DNA of 64,000 nucleotides from NCBI RefSeq assembly GCF_009914755.1, contig NC_060929.1; one strand, given 5' to 3'. The notes beneath the pieces were generated by a model. It did no database searches. It saw nothing but the letters and a program-made list of their open reading frames with translations, and had not been told where the DNA came from. Below are positions 56,761 to 64,000 of this stretch, piece after piece (the first letter of the stretch is position 1; each line of letters starts with the position of its first letter). This DNA is from the human T2T-CHM13v2.0 reference genome, Homo sapiens. Position numbers and translations under genes: made by a program.

Positions 56761-57056
56761 ATTTAACACATTTCTACGGAAATAAAAGCCAGTAAGCATA
56801 CCATCAGTATATATTAAATAAGACTTACCAATCATCCAATACCAACATGTTGGCACTGCTTTTGTGAGGACATTGTAAGCAGAAATTGGATTGAGCTTTG
56901 GTATGAGGAGTCTAACATGGTTGAACTTGGCCAGTCCAAACCATACATGTATGAAATTTGATATATTGCTCAGTGGCAGAGAAGTTGTGTCCCTCTCCTT
57001 AAGAGTTGCCTAATACAGCAAGACATGGCCAACCTGATTGTGCCTGTGTCCACATC

Positions 57057-57545
57057 TGCCAAGACCAGCTCGGTCATGGAGACCCTATCCCAGTGGTGCT
57101 AGAGGAATTAAAGACACACACACAGAAATATAGAGCATGGAGTGGGAAATCAGGGGTCTCACAGCCTTCAGAGCTGAGAGCCTCGAACAGAGATTTACCC
57201 ACATATTTGTTGACAGCAAGCCAGTCATAACATTTACTAAAAGTATTCCTTATGGGAAATAAAGAGATGGGCTGAAATAAAGGGATGGGCTCTGACTAGT
57301 TATCTGCAGCATGAATGTGTCCTTAAGGCACAGATCACTGATGCTATTGTTTGTGTTTTAAGAATGGCTTAAGTGGTTTTCTGCCCTGGGTGGGCCAGGT
57401 GTTCCTTGCCCTCATTCCGGTAAACTGACAACTTTCCAGCGTGGGCATCAAGGTCATCACGAGCATGTCACAGTGCTGCAGAGATTTTGTTTATGGCCAG
57501 TTTTGGGGCCGGTTTATGGCCAGATTTGGGGGCCTGTTCCCAACA
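57057..57545 (-). mobile_element. MER9 solo LTR (HERV-K HML-3 family)
   Basis: Reverse complement begins 'tgttgggaacaggcccccaaatctggccataaac'; TG..CA termini; perfect 6-bp TSD cacatc (57051-57056 / 57546-57551). Confidence 0.9.
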
Positions 57546-57593
57546 CACATCCTCATAGATGTGGACTTCTTCCTCATAGAGGATAAGGACTGG

Positions 57594-57740
57594 AGCTGGG
57601 CATGGTGGCTCATGCCTATAATCCCAACACTTTGGGAGGCCAAGGTGGGAGGATCACTTGAGCTTAGAAGTTTGACCAGCTTTGGCAACATAGTGAGACC
57701 CTGTCTTGAAAAAATAATAAAAGAAAAAAGAAAAAAAGAC
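57594..57740 (+). mobile_element. Alu left monomer (FLAM-like)
   Basis: Left arm only followed by an A-rich tail. Confidence 0.88.
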
Positions 57741-57815
57741 TTACTTGGAAATATCTTCACTTGCTTAGCAAAATGGTCTACCAATATCAAATTTCTCTTA
57801 CTAATGCTCCTAGAA

Positions 57816-58316
57816 TGAAACAGGAATTAAAAGAAATTTAAGAATATGTAAGCAAAAACTCAGTTATATGTAAAAAAAAACCCAATTCCCCCTGAGAAAG
57901 AAAAAGAAATGGAGTCCTTTAAAAATTAACTGCCTGTTTTTCCGTGTGTGGCTAGTGAGCCTTATCTCTCCCTTTCCCAGGCATTGTGAAGACCCTGTTT
58001 CTCTAGCTGTGCAGCTGCAAGGTCACTAGGCAGATAAACTCAAGTCGTAAAACATGTTTTTCCTTGAAAATTAAGAAATAATGTAATACATGTCTCAATT
58101 GAATAACTGTCTTTATTTCTCGCTTCTGTAACATGCTTCCCCCTGCACAGATCTCCCCCCACCCCACAAAATGCTTAAAAGGTAATCTGACCCTTTGTTT
58201 GGGGCTCAGTCCTTTGGATGTTAATTCAACCGGGTTGGTGCCCCTAAATAATAATATATATCCTCCTCAAACCCTCGGTCTCTCTGATTCCTAAATTATC
58301 CCACTGCATTTCTGCA
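57816..58316 (+). mobile_element. ERV1 solo LTR (LTR15-like; subfamily uncertain)
   Basis: TG..CA termini, 4-bp TSD agaa (57812-57815 / 58317-58320), TATA-like 'gcttaaaagg' followed by 'tttgtttggggctcagtcctttggatg'. Confidence 0.8.
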
Positions 58317-58357
58317 AGAAGTTATCCTCTCTTCCTCTCTATCCTCTTCAAGAAGAG

Positions 58358-58727
<370 letters not shown>

Positions 58728-60509
58728 CTACTCCAGCTAAGGTTGCTCTTGGTCACAGAATTACTATTAGAGTTGATAAAATATGTTCAATTAAATTACT
58801 TTATCATGATGACATATTTGCAAATAAGAACATTCATATTTAGATAGGAAGTTAAACAATATATAGTAAACAAAAACAAATTACTTAATGACACAGTATT
58901 TCATGTTACTTAATATATTGATAACTATCTAGGAAGGAGAAAGGAAAAAAAGGGTAATATAATGACAAACCTATGGATTCCATATATAATAAATAGACTC
59001 ATATATAATAAATAGATTTAAACACTATGAAAAAGCTAATGGGCTTTTATCTTCATTAATACATTTCTGATTTTTCACAAGCACTTTACATTTTACAAAG
59101 TCTATTCTTATACATTAACTCCTTAAATCTTCACAACTTCCTCCTGTGGGAGTTTTATATTTTATTTGCCAGAAAAGAGCATAGAGGTTCAGTGAGGTTA
59201 GGTTTCTACTTTGTATATAACTGTCTCTGCATTAAATAATGGAGGCAGCATAGATGATACAGCATCATTAAGATAAAAATATATTTACATATATGTAGAA
59301 GAATTTTCATGAAATGATATTTCAAAAAAGTGACAGTAAGAAAAATAAATTTTACCATATATGCTAAATAATTATATTGCAAAATGGAGCAGAACTATAG
59401 GTAGTTATGAAAATAATCTTGCTATATTACACTCAATAATAAGATTTTCACTGCATAATTTCCTAGCATAGCTTTTTGTTAGATTTCCTATTCACACAAA
59501 GCTGAATTTCTAATTGCAGTATTCTCTTTATTCTGGAAGAAAAGAATACTGAATATCTTTTGTAATTTTACTATAATGTATAATGCAAGTGCTAATCTTT
59601 CTGTAGACCAAGAATTAATTCGCTAATCATTTTTGTGTTTCAGGACTTTGCTGGAGAACACAAAGGATGTTGGATACTTCTTGAAAGCAGTAAAAACAAT
59701 TTTGACAGAAAGATAAGAATAGTCTAATTTATAGTGATAAGGAAATCCTGGGCATGAAGTCTACTGCTGCTGGTAAAGTTGGACTAACAGAGTTCAATTA
59801 AATCTCATGCCTGAAGTAACTTAAAAACTGGAAAAAATTTTAAGAAAAAAATGGGTTTTAGGCATTGGAAATATAGCAATAAAGAACAGTAATCCCAGAA
59901 AGATAGGAAAAAAATGAGGTGACCCTCCAGCAGCCCCAGTTTACTGACTGGAGAGAGTTTCAGGAAACAGTACAGGGAGAGAGAACTGGGTAGGATCTGG
60001 CAGTTTTGTATGAGATGAGGAGACAGATCTTAGAATCCAGAGAGATCAACAAAACTAGAGGTTGCAAGGCATAGTATCAGAAGAGAGAGCCATCCAGAGA
60101 AATCTCTACATCTGTAGAGAGTGCTATTTGAATCTTCAGCTGAGTTCAGATCAGTGCATTCATGTGAGCGTAAGTAGCCAAAGGTGGAGGAAGAGCCAAC
60201 CAAAAGGATAAGATGGAACACACAGGGTGAGAAATGTTTTTTATTCTAACCATGCAGAGTGGAAGACCCCATCATTCACAGAACACTGGGTAGAAAAGTC
60301 AGAAAGATTTTACCTCAGTATTAGGGCTAAATTAGCCCTACACTAATCATCACTCTTTTTCTTCCCAGTGAAGCTTAAACATAGATCTCAAAGGTATCAA
60401 ACTGTATCCATGTTTCTTAATTGCATCACAAAAATAGGTCAATATTTATTTAAAGGAATACAAATATAGCTAACACAAAGTTAAATTGACAATATCTAGC
60501 ATCCAATCA

Positions 60510-60938
<429 letters not shown>

Positions 60939-61840
60939 CTAAACAATGAATGTAATTGATTTCATAGGTTCAAGAAACTACAAGACAGATTGAGCATGTT
61001 AAGTAAAAACATGGAAGATGAATGTTATTAATGTTTCTGTTAATATCAGACATAATGGATTTAAGAAGAAAGAATATTATCAGGTCATTTAATAATGATA
61101 AGAGTATAAATTATTCAAGGGTACATAATTCTCAATGTTTATGAATCTAATAACAGAGACTTAGAATACATGAAGCAAAAATGGATAGAATTTTTAGGAG
61201 AAATAAGTATACGAATGTAGTAAAATATAAATGTCAATAACCCTCTTTCAATAAATTATATAGAACATATTATCATATAATAATACATTTTATAGAGCAA
61301 TTAGTCAGAATATCAGTAATGCTATAGAAAATTTGTTTGACACTATCAACCCAATTGACCTAATTGACATTTATAGAACAGTCCACCTACCAAGAGAAGA
61401 ATTTAAGCACCTTTGGAACATTTACAGACCATATTCTGAGTCATAAAACAAGTTTCAATACATTTCAAATGATTCAAATCAAAAGCAGTATGTTCTCTGA
61501 CTGCAATATAATTAAACTGTACATCAATAAGCAAAATATATCTGGGAAATCCGCAAATATTTAGAAACTAATTACCACCTTTATAAATAACTCATTAATC
61601 AAAGAAGACACAAAAAGGAAATCATAAAGTATTTTGAACAAAATAAAATTAAAGGCAAAACATTTCAAAATTTGTGAGATGCACCTAAAGCAGCGCTCAG
61701 CAGAAAATCAAAGCATTGGAGTTCCACTTTGGGAAAATAGAAAAAAAGACCAAATTAAATTCAAAATAAGCAAAATAAAGGAAATAAACATCAGAGGGAA
61801 ATTCAGTAAAACAGAAAGACAGAGTCGATGAAACTAAACG

Positions 61841-62126
61841 TTTTTGTTTCTTTCTTTTTTTTTTTTTTTCACTCTGTTGCCCAGACTGTTGCAATGGCAA
61901 CTATCATGGCTCACTGTAACTTCCAGCTCCTGGGCTCAAGCAATCTCCCTGCTTCAGCCTCCCAAATAGCTGGTACTACAGGTATGCACCACCATGCCTG
62001 GCTAATTTTTAAAAACTTTTTGCAGAGACAAGGTCGTGCTATGTTGCCCAGGCTCCAGGTCAAAAAATACTTCCACCTTGGCTTCCCAAAGTGCTGGGAT
62101 TATAGGTGTGAGCCACTCATCTGGCT
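61841..62126 (-). mobile_element. Alu (AluJ-like, diverged)
   Basis: Poly-T + reverse dimer; TSD-like taaacgttttt / taaaagttttt. Confidence 0.92.
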
Positions 62127-62275
62127 TAAAAGTTTTTTTTTTTTTTGAGGAGATCAATGCGATGGATAATTTTCTAGACAGATTCATTGGGAAAAGAAAT
62201 AGAAGAAATAAATTACTAATATCAAAGAGAAGTTATATGAATACAGATTCTGCAGATGTTCAAAAGGCTAATAGG

Positions 62276-62405
62276 TGTATTATTTTCCTATTGCCATCGT
62301 AACAGATTACTACATTATCACTCACTTGGTGGTCGAACACAACACAAATTTATTATCTTATAGTTCTGGGGGCCAGAGGTCAGGAATAGGTTTCCCTTGG
62401 CTAAA
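62276..62405 (-). mobile_element. MLT1 LTR fragment, interrupted by L1PA
   Basis: 'tgtattattttcctattgcc..gtaaca', 'acacaaatttattatcttatagttctggggg'. Confidence 0.7.

Positions 62406-64000
<1,595 letters not shown>

Noticed and set aside
59622-59780. Good plus-strand acceptor (gctaat...ttttgtgtttcag) as a coding exon
   Set aside because: The reading frames close quickly and the nearby donors are weak; kept only as context for the LTR finding.

Overview
Primate (very probably human) AT-rich, gene-poor intronic or intergenic DNA, made up mostly of interspersed repeats. It holds about 12 Alu/Alu-monomer copies and L1 elements of many ages, including a ~7.8 kb full-length L1MA with a degenerate TSD. 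There are also L2/MIR relics, MaLR/ERV LTRs (two solo LTRs with perfect TSDs) and DNA-transposon relics, including a near full-length hAT BLACKJACK-type element with a recognisable decayed transposase. I cannot support any protein-coding gene: the ORF track is explained by antisense Alu, L1 ORF2 remnants or chance. I found no convincing new biological system. The most interesting signals are mutational footprints: a probable L1 3' transduction bounded by a 16-bp TSD, two ~30-nt insertions copied from 1.1-1.5 kb away, and a cluster of overlapping perfect hairpins. Repeat subfamily names come from my recall of consensus sequences, not from a database search. Boundaries without TSDs are approximate.
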